Assembly: GCA_965662395.1 (NCBI GenBank)
Contig: CBFIIM010000001.1
Location: 9,596-73,595 of the forward strand
From: Spiribacter sp.
GTDB taxonomy: Bacteria > Pseudomonadota > Gammaproteobacteria > Nitrococcales > Nitrococcaceae
Direction: 5' to 3'
DNA: 64,000 bases
Below, piece after piece: positions 51,185 through 63,472 of the stretch (position 1 is the stretch's first letter; the number at the start of each line of letters is the position of its first letter). A program made the translations under genes and the position numbers. The notes beneath the pieces were generated by a model that saw only the letters and a list, made by a program, of their open reading frames with translations, had not been told where the DNA came from and did not search any database.

Positions 51185-52695
51185 TCTGCCTCGGCAAATA
51201 GGGCATTACCCGGGCAGAGTTGTCGGCCCATTTCGGCAACCCGCTGCCAGCGCGCATCCGCGGGGTTATCAATTTGGGCGCGCAGCACGTGCGCCTCGGA
51301 TTCAAAGCCAGCGCGATCACCGCGTCCGTAGAGCACATTCAGCAGGTGCAACCGCAGCTCAATACTGTCCGGGACCTCGCCGAGGGCATCATCCAAAATG
51401 GACTGTGCTGACTCCAGCTGGCCTGCATCCATCAGCGCAAGCGCCCGCTCCAGCGGATCACCCGAGGTGGCGTTGACCGTGGGCATGGCCTCAGCCTGAT
51501 GCGATGGCTCAGGCAAGGCTGCCCTGGCCGATAGCGGACGACGGCGCCCCAGGCGCCACACCAACAGCATTAATACCGTGAAAACCGCTACACCGGCGAG
51601 CACGCCTCGCGACCAGGGCCGCTCCAGCGCCAGACGGGGGTCTGCCATCACGGCATTGGCCTCTGCGCGAATCCATCCCGCCACTTGTTCGGCGGTGAGC
51701 TGTTCAGACGGTGAAGGATCCGGCGCTTTTAAGAGAGCCTCAAGCCGCCCGACATCACCTTGTAGGGCATCCAGCGAACGCTGCAGCTGGCGATTCTGGG
51801 CCTCTAGCCGTTCATTGGCCAACTCCACCCGCTCGAGCTGCTCGGCGAGCGCCTGAAACTCACTGGCGCCAAAACTCGCTGCATTATCGAAGGCCACCTG
51901 TGGGAGCGGTGTTTCGGCAGGATCTTTGGCAGGCTCCTCAGAGGGCGCCTCGGCCTGCTCCTCGGGGGGTAATAAACGCAAAGCTGGCGCCTGCGCGTCC
52001 GTCGGCGCGGGCGCCTCAGGTAACTGCCCTGCCCAGACCGCCGCCTGCCGACGAACTTCACGATCGGCTGTCACCTGGTCAGGGAAACTCAGCCCTTCGG
52101 CAGAGGGAATCTGCAGCAGAACATCCCGCTGCAAGGCATTCACGTTAGGGGCATTAAACTGCCGCGGGTTTTGCTCAAGCAGTGCCAACATCATTTGATT
52201 AATGGCCACCGCCGGCGGACGCACCGTATCGGCGATGCTGTAGAGCGTATCGCCGGGGCTTGTAGGACCAAAACGGGCATCAGCTTTGGCCAGCGCGTGC
52301 CACGAGCCCTCTGCCCGCTCGATGGCATAGTGTCGTGATAACCGGCCCTCAGCCCAAATCATCTCGATAATAAAATCAAAGCTTGCCGAATCTGCGGACA
52401 GACCGTCAGGCCATGCGAGCACGATAAAGGCCTGATCATCGCGACGCTCAAGCGACGGTGCCAGTCCGTTCGGCCGCTGCGCGGGGTTAATCCCACGCTC
52501 GGTATGCGCCCGGTCACTGGCAAAGGCCACGCGGGCTGAGGAGAGCGCCGCGACGCTTGCCTGCGACACCTCTATTTGAACACCGCTCGGCTGATCCGGT
52601 TGGCCGGTCAACTCAATATGCCCGAGCTGCAACGCCTGCGCCGTACCGGCAAGCAGCAACCCTGAGAGCAAACCCAGCAGCAGTCTATACATCAA
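51181..52695 (-). CDS. fimV: FimV/HubP-like polar landmark protein
   Basis: Signal peptide; GDTLYSIA...[11 protein letters not shown]; coiled coil, TM and TPR-like tail; lies between asd and truA. Confidence 0.8.
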   Translation of the reverse strand: MMYRLLLGLLSGLLLAGTAQALQLGHIELTGQPDQPSGVQIEVSQASVAALSSARVAFASDRAHTERGINPAQRPNGLAPSLERRDDQAFIVLAWPDGLSADSASFDFIIEMIWAEGRLSRHYAIERAEGSWHALAKADARFGPTSPGDTLYSIADTVRPPAVAINQMMLALLEQNPRQFNAPNVNALQRDVLLQIPSAEGLSFPDQVTADREVRRQAAVWAGQLPEAPAPTDAQAPALRLLPPEEQAEAPSEEPAKDPAETPLPQVAFDNAASFGASEFQALAEQLERVELANERLEAQNRQLQRSLDALQGDVGRLEALLKAPDPSPSEQLTAEQVAGWIRAEANAVMADPRLALERPWSRGVLAGVAVFTVLMLLVWRLGRRRPLSARAALPEPSHQAEAMPTVNATSGDPLERALALMDAGQLESAQSILDDALGEVPDSIELRLHLLNVLYGRGDRAGFESEAHVLRAQIDNPADARWQRVAEMGRQLCPGNALFAEAE

Positions 52696-53810
52696 CCGGC
52701 GACAACCAGTCGCAGCATACGCCGCAGCGGCTCAGCGGCACCCCACAGCAGCTGATCACCGACGGTAAAGGCGGATAAATACTCACCGCCCATCGCCAGC
52801 TTGCGCAGGCGACCCACTGGCACATCGAGCAGTCCACTGACCGCAGTGGGTGTCAGTCGCTGCTGACTGGCCTGCGGCTCGTTGGGGATCACATGGACCC
52901 AATCATTGGCCTCGGCCAACATGCCCTCAATATCGGCCAGCGGCACATCGCGGCGTAGCTTAATCGTTAACGCTTGGGCATGGGAGCGCATCGCCCCGAT
53001 GCGCACACAAATGCCGTCAATGGGGATCGGCTCGTAGTGGCGTCCAAGAATTTTGTTGGTCTCAACGCCCGCTTTCCACTCCTCGCGGCTCTGACCTGAA
53101 TCCATAGCCGAGTCGATCCAGGGAATCAGACTGCCAGCAAGCGGCACCGGGAAATGCTGAGCGGGATAGCCATCACTGCGAAGCGCGGCTGTAATATCCC
53201 GATCGATGGCCAAAATTGCCCCGGATGGATCATCGAGCGCGTCGCCGGCGGCATCCCGCAGATAACCCATTTGCCGCAGCAACTCACGCATATGCTGCGC
53301 CCCGGAGCCGGATGCCGCTTGATAAGTCATCGGTGTAATCCACTCGACCAGATCGTGCGCAAACAAACCGCCGATTGCCATCAGCATTAGACTGACCGTG
53401 CAATTACCCCCCACAAAGGTCTTCGTGCCGTCGGCAAGCGCCTGATGAATGACACTGGCATTCACCGGATCCAGCACAATCACGCTGTCATCTTTCATGC
53501 GCAGGGTGGAAGCGGCATCAATCCAAAAACCCTGCCAGCCACGGGCGCGCAGACGGTCATAAACGGCCGCGGTGTAATCACCACCTTGGCAGGTAACGAT
53601 CGCATCCATACCGGCCAGCACATCCAGATCATGTGCATCCGCCAACGCAGGAACCGGACGTCCGACATCAGGACCCGGCTGCCCCACTTGAGAGGTCGAG
53701 AAGAACACTGGCTCGATGTCTGCAAAGTCGTTCTCGCTGCGCATACGCTCCATTAGCACAGAGCCCACCATGCCGCGCCAGCCCACAAATCCTACCGTGT
53801 ACATACTCAC
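52692..53810 (-). CDS. asd: Aspartate-semialdehyde dehydrogenase
   Basis: [29 protein letters not shown]. Confidence 0.97.
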   Translation of the reverse strand: MSMYTVGFVGWRGMVGSVLMERMRSENDFADIEPVFFSTSQVGQPGPDVGRPVPALADAHDLDVLAGMDAIVTCQGGDYTAAVYDRLRARGWQGFWIDAASTLRMKDDSVIVLDPVNASVIHQALADGTKTFVGGNCTVSLMLMAIGGLFAHDLVEWITPMTYQAASGSGAQHMRELLRQMGYLRDAAGDALDDPSGAILAIDRDITAALRSDGYPAQHFPVPLAGSLIPWIDSAMDSGQSREEWKAGVETNKILGRHYEPIPIDGICVRIGAMRSHAQALTIKLRRDVPLADIEGMLAEANDWVHVIPNEPQASQQRLTPTAVSGLLDVPVGRLRKLAMGGEYLSAFTVGDQLLWGAAEPLRRMLRLVVAG

Positions 53811-53813
53811 CTC

Positions 53814-54899
53814 TTATTGATTAGCGCGAAGGGCGGCCACTACCGCATCCCCCATGGCGACGGTGCCCACGGTCTGGCCGCTGTCTCCGGCGATATCGGC
53901 TGTGCGCAGGCCCGCTGCCAGCACTGAGGCCACCGCCTGCTCAACCCGGCTCGCCTGTTCGGCCTCCTCCAGACTGTAGCGCAGCAGCATCGCCAGCGAG
54001 AGGATCGTGGCCAGGGGATTCGCCATGTCTTTGCCAGAAATATCGGGCGCTGAGCCATGCACCGGCTCATACAGGCCGCGGCCTGCTGCATCCAGTGAAG
54101 CGGACGGCAGCATGCCGATCGAGCCCGTTAGCATGGCGGCACAGTCAGATAAAACATCACCAAACAGATTACCGGTGACCATGACATCAAACTGTTTGGG
54201 GGCGCGAACCAACTGCATGGCCGCGTTATCGACATACATATGGCTAAGCTCGACCTGCGGGTATTCGGCGGCCAGCCCATTCATGACTTCGCGCCACAAC
54301 TCGCTGGACTCCAGCACATTGGCTTTATCCACCGAACACAGCCGGCCGTCCCGCTTGGCGGCTGCATCAAACGCTGCTCGGCCAATACGCTCGATCTCAT
54401 CGGCTCCGTAGACCAGCGTGTTAAAGCCCTCCCGGATGCCATCGGCGCGGGTGCGGATGCCCCGAGGCTGACCAAAATAAATACCACCGGTCAACTCACG
54501 GACAATGAGGATATCGAGCCCTGCCACCACGTCAGGCTTAAGGCTAGAGGCATCAGCGAGTTCGGGAAAAAGAATCGCCGGGCGCAAATTGGCAAACAGC
54601 TCTAATTCGGAGCGAATGGCTAGCAACCCGCGCTCCGGGCGCTGATCCCGCTCAATGGCATCCCACTCAGGGCCGCCCACGGCACCCAACAGCAATGCAT
54701 CGCAAGCCTGTGCCAACGATAACGTCGAGGACGGCAGCGGGGCGCCCTCAGCATCCACCGCGCAGCCCCCCAGATTGGCGTACTCAAGCTCGGCCTTCAG
54801 GCCGAAGTCCGCCATCAGGCAACGTAGGACTTTATCGGCCTCTGCCACAATCTCCGGGCCGATATGATCGCCCGGCAACATCAGAATGCGATGCGTCAT
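53814..54899 (-). CDS. leuB: 3-isopropylmalate dehydrogenase
   Basis: [26 protein letters not shown]. Confidence 0.97.
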   Translation of the reverse strand: MTHRILMLPGDHIGPEIVAEADKVLRCLMADFGLKAELEYANLGGCAVDAEGAPLPSSTLSLAQACDALLLGAVGGPEWDAIERDQRPERGLLAIRSELELFANLRPAILFPELADASSLKPDVVAGLDILIVRELTGGIYFGQPRGIRTRADGIREGFNTLVYGADEIERIGRAAFDAAAKRDGRLCSVDKANVLESSELWREVMNGLAAEYPQVELSHMYVDNAAMQLVRAPKQFDVMVTGNLFGDVLSDCAAMLTGSIGMLPSASLDAAGRGLYEPVHGSAPDISGKDMANPLATILSLAMLLRYSLEEAEQASRVEQAVASVLAAGLRTADIAGDSGQTVGTVAMGDAVVAALRANQ

Positions 54900-55549
54900 G
54901 CCGACTCCAGGTCTTCAAAAAGCCAAGGCGTCACCGAGCGACGCTGTTGTTCATAGGCGCGGATTTCATCGGCATGCTCCAGCGTCAGACCAATCTCATC
55001 GAGCCCTTCAACCAGCATATGCTTGCGATGCGGGTCGATTTCAAAGGCATATTCACGGCCATCCGGCGTTGTAACCGTCTGGGCCGGCAAATCCACCGCC
55101 AGCGAATACCCTTCGTTGGCCCAAGTTGCTTCAAACAACGACTGCACCGTATCAGCCGGCAGAACCAGCGCCAAAATGCCGTTCTTTGAGCAGTTGTTGT
55201 AGAAAATATCGGCATAACTCGGCGCGATGATCACCCGAAAACCGTAATCAGCCAGCGCCCACGGCGCATGCTCGCGCGAAGAGCCACAGCCAAAATTCTC
55301 CCGCGCCAGCAGGATGCTCGCACCCGCGTACCGTGGCTGGTTCAGCACAAAATCCGGGTTGATCGGGCGGTTGCTGCAATCCTGACCCGGCTCACCGACA
55401 TCCAGATAACGCCACTCATCAAACAAATTGGGGCCAAAACCCGTGCGATGAATGGATTTGAGAAACTGTTTAGGGATGATCGCATCCGTATCCACATTGG
55501 ATCGATCCAACGGGGCCACCCGCCCCTCGACACGTGTCAATGGCTCCAT
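54896..55549 (-). CDS. leuD: 3-isopropylmalate dehydratase small subunit
   Basis: [24 protein letters not shown]. Confidence 0.97.
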   Translation of the reverse strand: MEPLTRVEGRVAPLDRSNVDTDAIIPKQFLKSIHRTGFGPNLFDEWRYLDVGEPGQDCSNRPINPDFVLNQPRYAGASILLARENFGCGSSREHAPWALADYGFRVIIAPSYADIFYNNCSKNGILALVLPADTVQSLFEATWANEGYSLAVDLPAQTVTTPDGREYAFEIDPHRKHMLVEGLDEIGLTLEHADEIRAYEQQRRSVTPWLFEDLESA

Positions 55550-55551
55550 GG

Positions 55552-56961
55552 CTACTGCTCCAGCTCTCGAATATCGACAAAATGACCGGCGACAGCCGCC
55601 GCCGCGGCCATTTCAGGACTGACCAAATGCGTGCGCCCACCCGCCCCTTGGCGGCCTTCAAAATTACGGTTGGAGGTCGAGGCACAGCGCTCGCCAGCGC
55701 TTAACTTATCCGGGTTCATACCCAGGCACATCGAGCAGCCAGCATCGCGCCACTCAAAGCCGGCATCACGAAAAACCTGATCCAGCCCTTCTTGCTCGGC
55801 CTGCCACTTCACCAGCCCTGACCCCGGAACCACCATGGCTTCACGAATGCTCTTGGCAATATGCTTGCCCCGCAATACTTCCGCGGCCGCGCGCAGATCT
55901 TCGATCCGCGCATTGGTACACGAGCCAATAAAAATCTTCTCAGGCCGGATTGCGCGAATCGGCGTGCCCGGTTTCAGATCCATATACTCAAGTGCCCGCT
56001 GCATACCGGCACGCTTGGTCTCATCGGGCTCATCCGCCGGGTCGGGCACCACACCATCCACCGCGACCACCATCTCAGGCGAAGTCCCCCAAGAAACCTG
56101 CGGTTTAATTTGTGCAGCATCCAGTGTCACTACCCGGTCAAACTCGGCGTCTTCATCACTGGTCAGCGTGCGCCAATAGGCCTCGGCCTGATCCCACATT
56201 GCGCCTTTCGGCGAATACGGCCGATCACGCAGATACTCAATCGTTGTGTCGTCGACTGCGACCATCCCGCAGCGGGCGCCGGCCTCGATCGACATGTTGC
56301 AGATGGTCATACGCCCAGCCATTGAAAGGGCGCGAATGGCCTCGCCGCCGTATTCAACCGCATAGCCCGTACCACCGGCTGTTCCGATTTTGCCAATAAT
56401 GGCCAACATGATGTCTTTTGCCGTGACCCCTGGGCCCGCCTGACCATCCACACGAATCAGCATGCGTTTGGAGCGCGATTGCACCACGGTCTGGGTGGCC
56501 AGCGCATGCTCAACCTCCGAGGTGCCGATGCCAAAGGCCAATGCCCCCAGGGCGCCATGCGTCGAGGTATGAGAATCGCCACAAACGACCGTCATGCCCG
56601 GCTGAGTTGCACCCTGCTCCGGACCAATAATATGGACGATGCCCTGGCGCCGATCACGCAGCCCAAACTGTGTGATGCCGTACTCACGGCAGTTTTGGTC
56701 CAGCGTGTCGACCTGCAGCGCGGAGATTGGATCCGCAATGCCCTTGTCACGGTCGGTCGTCGGCACATTGTGATCGACAACAGCCAGATTGGCGGCAACG
56801 CGCCACAGTGGCCGGCCAGCCAGACGCAGGCCCTCGAATGCCTGTGGTGATGTCACCTCATGCACCAGCTGTCGGTCGATGTACAAAAGCGCTGTGCCAT
56901 CGCCGTTATCGCGCACCACGTGCGCATCCCAGAGTTTGTCGTAAAGCGTCTTGCCGCCCAT
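55552..56961 (-). CDS. leuC: 3-isopropylmalate dehydratase large subunit
   Basis: [39 protein letters not shown]. Confidence 0.98.
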   Translation of the reverse strand: MGGKTLYDKLWDAHVVRDNGDGTALLYIDRQLVHEVTSPQAFEGLRLAGRPLWRVAANLAVVDHNVPTTDRDKGIADPISALQVDTLDQNCREYGITQFGLRDRRQGIVHIIGPEQGATQPGMTVVCGDSHTSTHGALGALAFGIGTSEVEHALATQTVVQSRSKRMLIRVDGQAGPGVTAKDIMLAIIGKIGTAGGTGYAVEYGGEAIRALSMAGRMTICNMSIEAGARCGMVAVDDTTIEYLRDRPYSPKGAMWDQAEAYWRTLTSDEDAEFDRVVTLDAAQIKPQVSWGTSPEMVVAVDGVVPDPADEPDETKRAGMQRALEYMDLKPGTPIRAIRPEKIFIGSCTNARIEDLRAAAEVLRGKHIAKSIREAMVVPGSGLVKWQAEQEGLDQVFRDAGFEWRDAGCSMCLGMNPDKLSAGERCASTSNRNFEGRQGAGGRTHLVSPEMAAAAAVAGHFVDIRELEQ

Positions 56962-57030
56962 GGTTATCCTCACGGTGTTCATCGCGCAGAATCAATCAGC
57001 CGTCCAGTATACGCGCTGGGCCTTGCCCGG

Positions 57031-58197
57031 TTAAGCGCGGCGCACCGGCAGGGTAGATTCCCCCCGCACCAGCACGGCCGCCGCCACCAGCGCCAACCCA
57101 GCCATGAACGCCGATAATAAAAAGGTCATTGAGCCGCCCAGCGGATCCCAGAGCCGACCGGCCAGATAACTGCCAAGCGCCACACCGGCACCAAACGTCA
57201 TGCTGCTGTAGAGCGCCTGGCCCCGTCCCTGGAGACTGCCGGTGAAATAGCGGTTAACCAGTGAAATGGCTGTGGCGTGATAGATCCCATAAGTGGCCGC
57301 ATGGAGCAGCTGCGAGAAACCCTGGACAATCACCCACTGTGGATAAAACGCCACCAAGGCCCAACGCAGGATGGCCAAGGCCATTGTAATCAGCAGTAAC
57401 CGCCGGGCACCAAAGCGCGGCAGCCAGCGCGGCATCAACATAAACACCGCAATTTCAGCACACAGCGCGACTGCCCAGAGCAGCCCAATGGACAGCCCCG
57501 AATAGCCATAGTCCTGCAAATAAATACTGTAGAAGGCATAAAATGGCCCGTGGCTTGCCTGCAGCAGAAAACAAGCAAAGAAAAGCCCGAATACCTCCGG
57601 TCGCCGCAGCACTGAAACCAACGACCCGGCCCGTCGGTCTGTTGGCCTGGCGGCCGCGGCCGGCAGAGTCAGGCTGACCACCGCCAAGGCCAATAATGCA
57701 AAGCCGATAATCACCGGCACAATGGCCGCACCGAAGTGATCAACCGCCTCACCACCCAGCAAAACCGCGACCATAAAGCCCACCGTGCCCCATAAACGAA
57801 TTCTGGGATAACGATGGGTCTGATCCTGTAAGTGCGTAAAGGTTAATGCCTCGGTCTGTGGTAGCGCGGCATTCCAGAAGAAACTAAATGCCGCCATCAC
57901 CAGGGCCATCCACATAAACCCATCGCCAATGAACACACCGGTAAACGCAACCAGCGCGACAAAGCAGGCTAGGCGAATCACCAAAACCCGTCGCCCAGTG
58001 ACATCAGCCACCCAGCCCCAGAGATTGGGCGCTACAATTTTGGTGGCATGGACAATGGCGATCAGGGTGCCGATGGCGGCAGCATCAAACCCTTCACTGC
58101 GCAGATACGGCCCCCAGTAGGGTGACAGCGTCCCCAGCACAGCAAAAAACAGCGCATAGAAGCTGGCCAGACGGGCAAAGGGCAGAGCCGATGGCAT
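57031..58197 (-). CDS. MFS transporter (HcaT-like)
   Basis: About 12 TMs; YPRIRLWGTVGF; GRGQALYS; follows aroC. Confidence 0.85.
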   Translation of the reverse strand: MPSALPFARLASFYALFFAVLGTLSPYWGPYLRSEGFDAAAIGTLIAIVHATKIVAPNLWGWVADVTGRRVLVIRLACFVALVAFTGVFIGDGFMWMALVMAAFSFFWNAALPQTEALTFTHLQDQTHRYPRIRLWGTVGFMVAVLLGGEAVDHFGAAIVPVIIGFALLALAVVSLTLPAAAARPTDRRAGSLVSVLRRPEVFGLFFACFLLQASHGPFYAFYSIYLQDYGYSGLSIGLLWAVALCAEIAVFMLMPRWLPRFGARRLLLITMALAILRWALVAFYPQWVIVQGFSQLLHAATYGIYHATAISLVNRYFTGSLQGRGQALYSSMTFGAGVALGSYLAGRLWDPLGGSMTFLLSAFMAGLALVAAAVLVRGESTLPVRRA

Positions 58198-58205
58198 GCC
58201 CGCAA

Positions 58206-59309
58206 TCAGTCTGAAATATGCCCTGGGATGACCGGCGTACCGGAGTCGACATCAGCGTTCTGGCCGCGATGCCGTAGGTAGTGATCAAGCAGCACGATGG
58301 CCAGCATGGCCTCGGCGATCGGTGTGGCGCGAATACCCACACAAGGGTCGTGCCGGCCTTTGGTAACCACTTCAACGGGGTTGCCGTGGATATCCACCGA
58401 GCGGCCGGGCAGACGAATGCTAGAGGTTGGCTTCAACGCCATGCGCACCACAATATCCTGACCGGTGGAAATACCACCGAGCGTGCCGCCGGCGTTATTC
58501 GAGACAAACCCCTCAGGGGTGATTTCATCGCGGTGTTCAGTGCCCTTCTGACCAGCGCTGGCAAAGCCCGCGCCCACCTCCACGCCTTTGACCGCATTAA
58601 TGCTCATCATCGCATGCGCAATATCGGCATCCAGACGATCAAACACCGGCTCACCCAGCCCTGGCGGCACACCTCGGGCAAGTACCCCTACGGCCGCACC
58701 GACCGAATCGCCCTCTTTACGCAGGGCATCCATATAGGCTTCGAGCTCTTCAATCCGACCATGCTCGCCGCAGAAGAAAGGATTGGTATCCACCAAATCC
58801 CAGTCTTCGAGTTTTAATGAAATCGGGCCCAGCTGATCAAGCCAGCCACGAATTTGCACACCCAAACGATCGGCCAGATATTTTCGCGCGATGCCGCCCG
58901 CTGCCACACGCAGGGCAGTCTCGCGGGCCGATGAACGACCACCCCCGCGATAATCGCGGATACCGAATTTCTGCCAGTAGGTGTAATCGGCGTGCCCGGG
59001 GCGGAATTTCTCCGCAATCTCGGAATAGTCCTTTGAGCGCTGATCCATATTTTCGATCAACAGCCCGATCGGCGCGCCGGTCGTCTTACCCTCAAAAACG
59101 CCAGAGAGAATCCGTACCTCGTCACCCTCGCGACGCTGTGAGGTATGTCGGGAGGTGCCGGGCTTGCGTCGATCCAAATCACCCTGAAGGTCGGCTTCTG
59201 TCAACGACAACCCCGGCGGGCAGCCATCCACAATGGCGCCCAGCGCTGGCCCATGACTCTCGCCAAAGGTCGTCACACTAAAAAGCCGGCCGATTGTGTT
59301 ACCCGACAT
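58206..59309 (-). CDS. aroC: Chorismate synthase
   Basis: [28 protein letters not shown]. Confidence 0.98.
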   Translation of the reverse strand: MSGNTIGRLFSVTTFGESHGPALGAIVDGCPPGLSLTEADLQGDLDRRKPGTSRHTSQRREGDEVRILSGVFEGKTTGAPIGLLIENMDQRSKDYSEIAEKFRPGHADYTYWQKFGIRDYRGGGRSSARETALRVAAGGIARKYLADRLGVQIRGWLDQLGPISLKLEDWDLVDTNPFFCGEHGRIEELEAYMDALRKEGDSVGAAVGVLARGVPPGLGEPVFDRLDADIAHAMMSINAVKGVEVGAGFASAGQKGTEHRDEITPEGFVSNNAGGTLGGISTGQDIVVRMALKPTSSIRLPGRSVDIHGNPVEVVTKGRHDPCVGIRATPIAEAMLAIVLLDHYLRHRGQNADVDSGTPVIPGHISD

Positions 59310-59326
59310 GGTCTGCTCCCGAGTCG

Positions 59327-60232
59327 TTACTGCGTAAATGCGGATCGAAGCGTCGCGGCGTCTATTGCAAACACACCATGGCCGCCACGCTCAAATTCTA
59401 CCCAAGTCACAGGCAGATCGGGGAAGGCGGTTTCAAAGGCTTTGATGCCATGGCCGATTTCGCAGAACAGCACACCATCATCCTTCAGCCGAGCCGCGGC
59501 CTGAGGCAGTAATTGCCGAACGATATCCATGCCATCCGGGCCGGCGGCCAACGCTTCACGGGGTTCATGCTGATACTCGGCCGGTAGATCAATCATTGAT
59601 CGGGAATCGACATACGGCGGGTTGCTCACAATCACATCCAGCAACGGCTCCGGCGGAATCGAGGCCAATAGATCTGAGCGCTGAACCGCCACTTGATCCG
59701 AGACTCCGTGCCGCCGGGCATTATGGGCAGCATGGGCCAGCGCTCCCGGGGCAATATCCAGCGCATCCACTCTTGCCCCTGGAAAGGCCAAGGCGCAGGC
59801 CACTGCAATACAACCGCTACCCGTGCCGACATCAGCCAGGCGAGTAACGGACTCAGGATCCACCCAGGGCGTAAAACCTGTTTCTATCAACTCAGCGATG
59901 GGGGAGCGGGGGATGAGGACTGTTTCATCCACCTCAAACGACAAGCCGCAAAACCAAGCCTCACCCAGGATATAGGGCACTGGCCGGCGTTGCTCTATCC
60001 GCTCGCGAATCCGCTGATTGAGTAATTCTCGCTCTTCATCCGTTACCCGCGACTGGAAATAGACTGAGTGCAGATCGGGTGGCAAATGGAGCGTGCCGAG
60101 CACAAGGGCGGCCGCCTCATCAATGGCATTGTCCGTGCCATGACCAAAATGCACACCGGCAGCCGCAAATTGACTGGCCGCCCAGCGGATAAAATCACCA
60201 ACTGTCTTTAATGCTTGGGAATGTTCTGTCAT
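59327..60232 (-). CDS. prmB: Ribosomal protein L3 N5-glutamine methyltransferase
   Basis: [33 protein letters not shown]. Confidence 0.95.
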   Translation of the reverse strand: MTEHSQALKTVGDFIRWAASQFAAAGVHFGHGTDNAIDEAAALVLGTLHLPPDLHSVYFQSRVTDEERELLNQRIRERIEQRRPVPYILGEAWFCGLSFEVDETVLIPRSPIAELIETGFTPWVDPESVTRLADVGTGSGCIAVACALAFPGARVDALDIAPGALAHAAHNARRHGVSDQVAVQRSDLLASIPPEPLLDVIVSNPPYVDSRSMIDLPAEYQHEPREALAAGPDGMDIVRQLLPQAAARLKDDGVLFCEIGHGIKAFETAFPDLPVTWVEFERGGHGVFAIDAATLRSAFTQ

Positions 60233-60292
60233 CCACGCAGTCTATCAAGCCCAAGAATACTGTGCGCGCGTAATCGCCTTGGCATAATGGGC

Positions 60293-60937
60293 ATGATGAA
60301 ATTAACGAACTCCGCAATTAAGGTCATTGCCATCATGGCGCTCTCCGCCGTAATGGCTGCAGCCGCGGTGCTGTTCTGGCCTGAGCCAGAACCGCCGGAG
60401 ACCGTCGCCACGGTCTTTCCGCAGGCACGTGAACTGCCGGATGTCACGTTAATAGATCACCATGGCAACCCCTGGAGCCGGGATCATCTAGAGGATGGTT
60501 GGGAGATCGTGTTTTTCGGCTTTACCCACTGCCCCGATGTGTGCCCGATGACACTGGCAACGCTTGCCGGTGCTTTGGCACAGCTTGAGGATAACCAAGC
60601 CGATGTCATCCCTGAGGTGGTATTTATTTCAGTGGACCCGGGCCGCGACACACCGGATAAGCTGGGCACCTACGTCCGACATTTTCATGATGACTTCACG
60701 GGCGTGAGCGCTGACCAGGCAACCATCGATCAGCTTACCCGCGCCTTAGGCATTGCCTACAGCCTGGGGGAGCCCGATGCCAATGGTGACTATGCAGTCG
60801 ACCACAGCGCCGCGATTCTCCTGATTAATCCAGAAGGTCGCCTGCAGGCGCTCTGGCAGCCACCCCACGGGCGATCAGTGATCGCCGATGAATTCCTGCG
60901 CATTGAGCGCCATTACCAAAGGACTCGCAACGGATGA
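60293..60937 (+). CDS. SCO/SenC copper chaperone
   Basis: FGFTHCPDVCP, SVDP.RD, VDHS. Start may be 60287-60296. Confidence 0.9.
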   Translation: MMKLTNSAIKVIAIMALSAVMAAAAVLFWPEPEPPETVATVFPQARELPDVTLIDHHGNPWSRDHLEDGWEIVFFGFTHCPDVCPMTLATLAGALAQLEDNQADVIPEVVFISVDPGRDTPDKLGTYVRHFHDDFTGVSADQATIDQLTRALGIAYSLGEPDANGDYAVDHSAAILLINPEGRLQALWQPPHGRSVIADEFLRIERHYQRTRNG

Positions 60938-61827
60938 TCGGCAAACTGATCGCGCCATTATTTTCGCTACTACCCCAACATGCGATCTCGCGGGTTATCC
61001 ATGCCTTGGCACGCTGGCGCTGGAAGCCGTGGAAGAATCTGTTCATCCGCGTTTTTACCCGTATCTTTAACGTCAATCTGTCCGAGGCGGCTGTCAGCGA
61101 CCCGGAACACTATGAGAGTTTTAACGCGTTTTTTACCCGATCATTAGCGGCTGGAGCGCGGCCTATTGACGAAGGCGAGCATGCCATTCTTAGCCCGGTC
61201 GATGGCCATGTCAGTCAGGCCGGCCCGATCACCGCCGGGCGTTTAATCCAAGCCAAAGGACGAGATTACAGCATCACTGAACTGCTGGGTGGAGATGCCG
61301 ACATCGCCGAGCCTTTTCGCGAGGGTCAATTTGCCACCCTTTACCTGTCGCCTCGAGACTACCACCGCATTCATATGCCGGTGACCGGAACGCTGGAGCG
61401 CATGCTGCATATTCCCGGTCGACTCTTTGGGGTTTCCCGGCCGTTGGTGGCGCATGTCCCACAGCTTTTTGCCCGCAATGAGCGCGTCGCGGCTCTGTTC
61501 GACACCCCCTGCGGGCCAATGGGACTGGTACTGGTAGGTGCCATTGGCGTGGGCAGCATTGAGACGGTTTGGTCCGGCGAGGTCACTCCTCCTCGCGGGC
61601 ATCGCATCCGCAGCTGGGATTATCGTCAGGCGCCGATCGACTTAAAAGCCGGGGATGAAATGGGGCGATTTAATATGGGCTCAACCGTCATCGTGCTGTT
61701 TGCCGATGCCAATGTGCAGTGGGACAGCCTGCTGGCGCCGGATTATCCGGTTCAAATGGGACGCACCATTGGCAGCGCACCCCGGCCCACTAGGCTCGAT
61801 CCCAATCAAATGCCAGGACAGGACTAA
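60934..61827 (+). CDS. psd: Phosphatidylserine decarboxylase
   Basis: FNAFFTR, YLSPRDYHRIHMP, RNER, MGST self-cleavage motif. Confidence 0.95.
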   Translation: MIGKLIAPLFSLLPQHAISRVIHALARWRWKPWKNLFIRVFTRIFNVNLSEAAVSDPEHYESFNAFFTRSLAAGARPIDEGEHAILSPVDGHVSQAGPITAGRLIQAKGRDYSITELLGGDADIAEPFREGQFATLYLSPRDYHRIHMPVTGTLERMLHIPGRLFGVSRPLVAHVPQLFARNERVAALFDTPCGPMGLVLVGAIGVGSIETVWSGEVTPPRGHRIRSWDYRQAPIDLKAGDEMGRFNMGSTVIVLFADANVQWDSLLAPDYPVQMGRTIGSAPRPTRLDPNQMPGQD

Positions 61828-62728
61828 TCCCCTCAGCGCCCGATGCCAATGCCAACAGGCGATCCACACCTAGCGCTACGCCTGCGCAATCCGGCAGACC
61901 GGCATCCAGCGCTGCCAATAGGCGCTCATCTATAGCCGGCACCACCGTGTCCGCCTGCTCGCGCAAAGCCTGATCACGGGCAAACCGCGCCCGCAGCTCA
62001 GCCGCATCGGTTAACTCATCAAAACCATTAGCCATCTCAATGCCCTGACAGAACAACTCAAAGCGCTCGGCGGTCTGTGGGTTTTCAGGGCTCAGGCGCG
62101 CTAGCACGGCCTGACTGGCCGGGAAGTGGGTAATAAAACAGCGCTCGGGGAGACTGGGGACCACCACTTGCGAGAACAACCAATCAAGCAGCGCATCACG
62201 GTTTAAATCGCCTGGCACAGGTTGGGCCTGAGGATGCTGCTGGGCTGCTTGCTGAATATCAGAGTCGCTGGCGGTAATGGGATCGGGGAGTCCAGCGATA
62301 ACAAATGCCTCGGCATAGTTACGCGTATGCACCGGCGCCGGCCCCAGCACCATCGCCACCAGTTCGGCTACCTCATCCATCAGCGCCTGGGCATCAAACC
62401 CCAGTCGATACCACTCCAGCAGAGTGAATTCCGGATTATGCCAGCGACCCTGCTCGCCAGCGCGAAAGGCGCGAGTGATTTGATAACAATCGCCCATGCC
62501 GGCTGCTAGTAGCCGCTTCATGGCATATTCGGGCGAGGTCTGCAGCCAGCGTCCGGTGGACGCCTCACGCAGGCCATCGATATGGATATCGGTGACGCCT
62601 GCTGCCGCTAGAACCGGGGTTTCGACCTCCAGCACACCGCGTTCGGCAAAAAAGGCTCGAATCCGGGCAAGCCAATGCGCCCGTATCCTGAGCGCCTCGA
62701 TACTCGCCGATGGCGCCCAGTTGGACAT
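61790..62728 (-). CDS. epmA: EF-P beta-lysine ligase
   Basis: LEVETP, LQTSPEYAMKRLL, HNPEFTLLEWY, GVALGVDRL; follows efp. Confidence 0.94.
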   Translation of the reverse strand: MSNWAPSASIEALRIRAHWLARIRAFFAERGVLEVETPVLAAAGVTDIHIDGLREASTGRWLQTSPEYAMKRLLAAGMGDCYQITRAFRAGEQGRWHNPEFTLLEWYRLGFDAQALMDEVAELVAMVLGPAPVHTRNYAEAFVIAGLPDPITASDSDIQQAAQQHPQAQPVPGDLNRDALLDWLFSQVVVPSLPERCFITHFPASQAVLARLSPENPQTAERFELFCQGIEMANGFDELTDAAELRARFARDQALREQADTVVPAIDERLLAALDAGLPDCAGVALGVDRLLALASGAEGISPVLAFDWDRA

Positions 62729-62746
62729 GGGGCGCTCAACCAAGAC

Positions 62747-63316
62747 TTATTCCTTGGCGCGGGAAACGTATTCGCCGGTGCGCGTATCAACTTTGAGCAG
62801 CTCACCTTCCTGGATAAAAAGCGGTACCTGAATGACCGCACCGGTCTCCAGGGTGGCCGGCTTACTGCCGCCACTGCTGGTATCGCCTTTCAGGCCCGGG
62901 TCGGTCTGCGTCACGGTTAATGTGACATGCGGCGCGGGCTCCACCGATAGCGGCTCACCGTTGTAGAGAATGACACTGCAGCTATCCTGCTCTTTGAGCC
63001 ATTTGCCGGCATCTCCGACGACCACAGCGGGCGTGGCGTGCTGCTCAAAGGTATCCGGCTTCATAAAATGATAGAACTCGCCATCGTTGTAGAGATACTG
63101 CATCTCTGTTTCCATGACGTCGGCGGCTTCCACACTCTCACCGGATTTAAAGGTGCGATCGATGACCTTGCCGGTTTTAAGGTTTTTCACCCGCACCCGG
63201 TTAAATGCTTGCCCCTTACCCGGCTTGACGAATTCATTCTCGACGATGGTGTAGGGATCACCATCAAGCAGAATTTTCAGGCCTGATTTGAACTGGTTGG
63301 TGCTAAAGCTCGCCAT
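62747..63316 (-). CDS. efp: Elongation factor P
   Basis: [26 protein letters not shown]. Confidence 0.98.
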   Translation of the reverse strand: MASFSTNQFKSGLKILLDGDPYTIVENEFVKPGKGQAFNRVRVKNLKTGKVIDRTFKSGESVEAADVMETEMQYLYNDGEFYHFMKPDTFEQHATPAVVVGDAGKWLKEQDSCSVILYNGEPLSVEPAPHVTLTVTQTDPGLKGDTSSGGSKPATLETGAVIQVPLFIQEGELLKVDTRTGEYVSRAKE

Positions 63317-63423
63317 CTTCTCTCCATTGCCGGTAACGACCGCCCACAGGGACGGTCAATGGATCCGCATCCTACCTAAAAGCGCCCGTGCGGGCGAGGC
63401 TTAATAGAGGGCGACCAATAACG

Positions 63424-63453
63424 TTGCGTCAGAAAGACACTAAGTGTCATTAT
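63424..63453 (+). promoter_or_regulatory. Putative sigma70 promoter with palindromic operator for the hipBA-like module
   Basis: TTGCGT-N18-CATTAT, with GACACT-A-AGTGTC (63436-63448) between the two boxes. Confidence 0.55.
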
Positions 63454-63472
63454 GTTTGCAAGAGGTAACATT

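Noticed and set aside
56962-57030. Leucine attenuator before leuC
   Set aside because: No Leu-rich leader ORF or terminator hairpin in the 69-bp gap.
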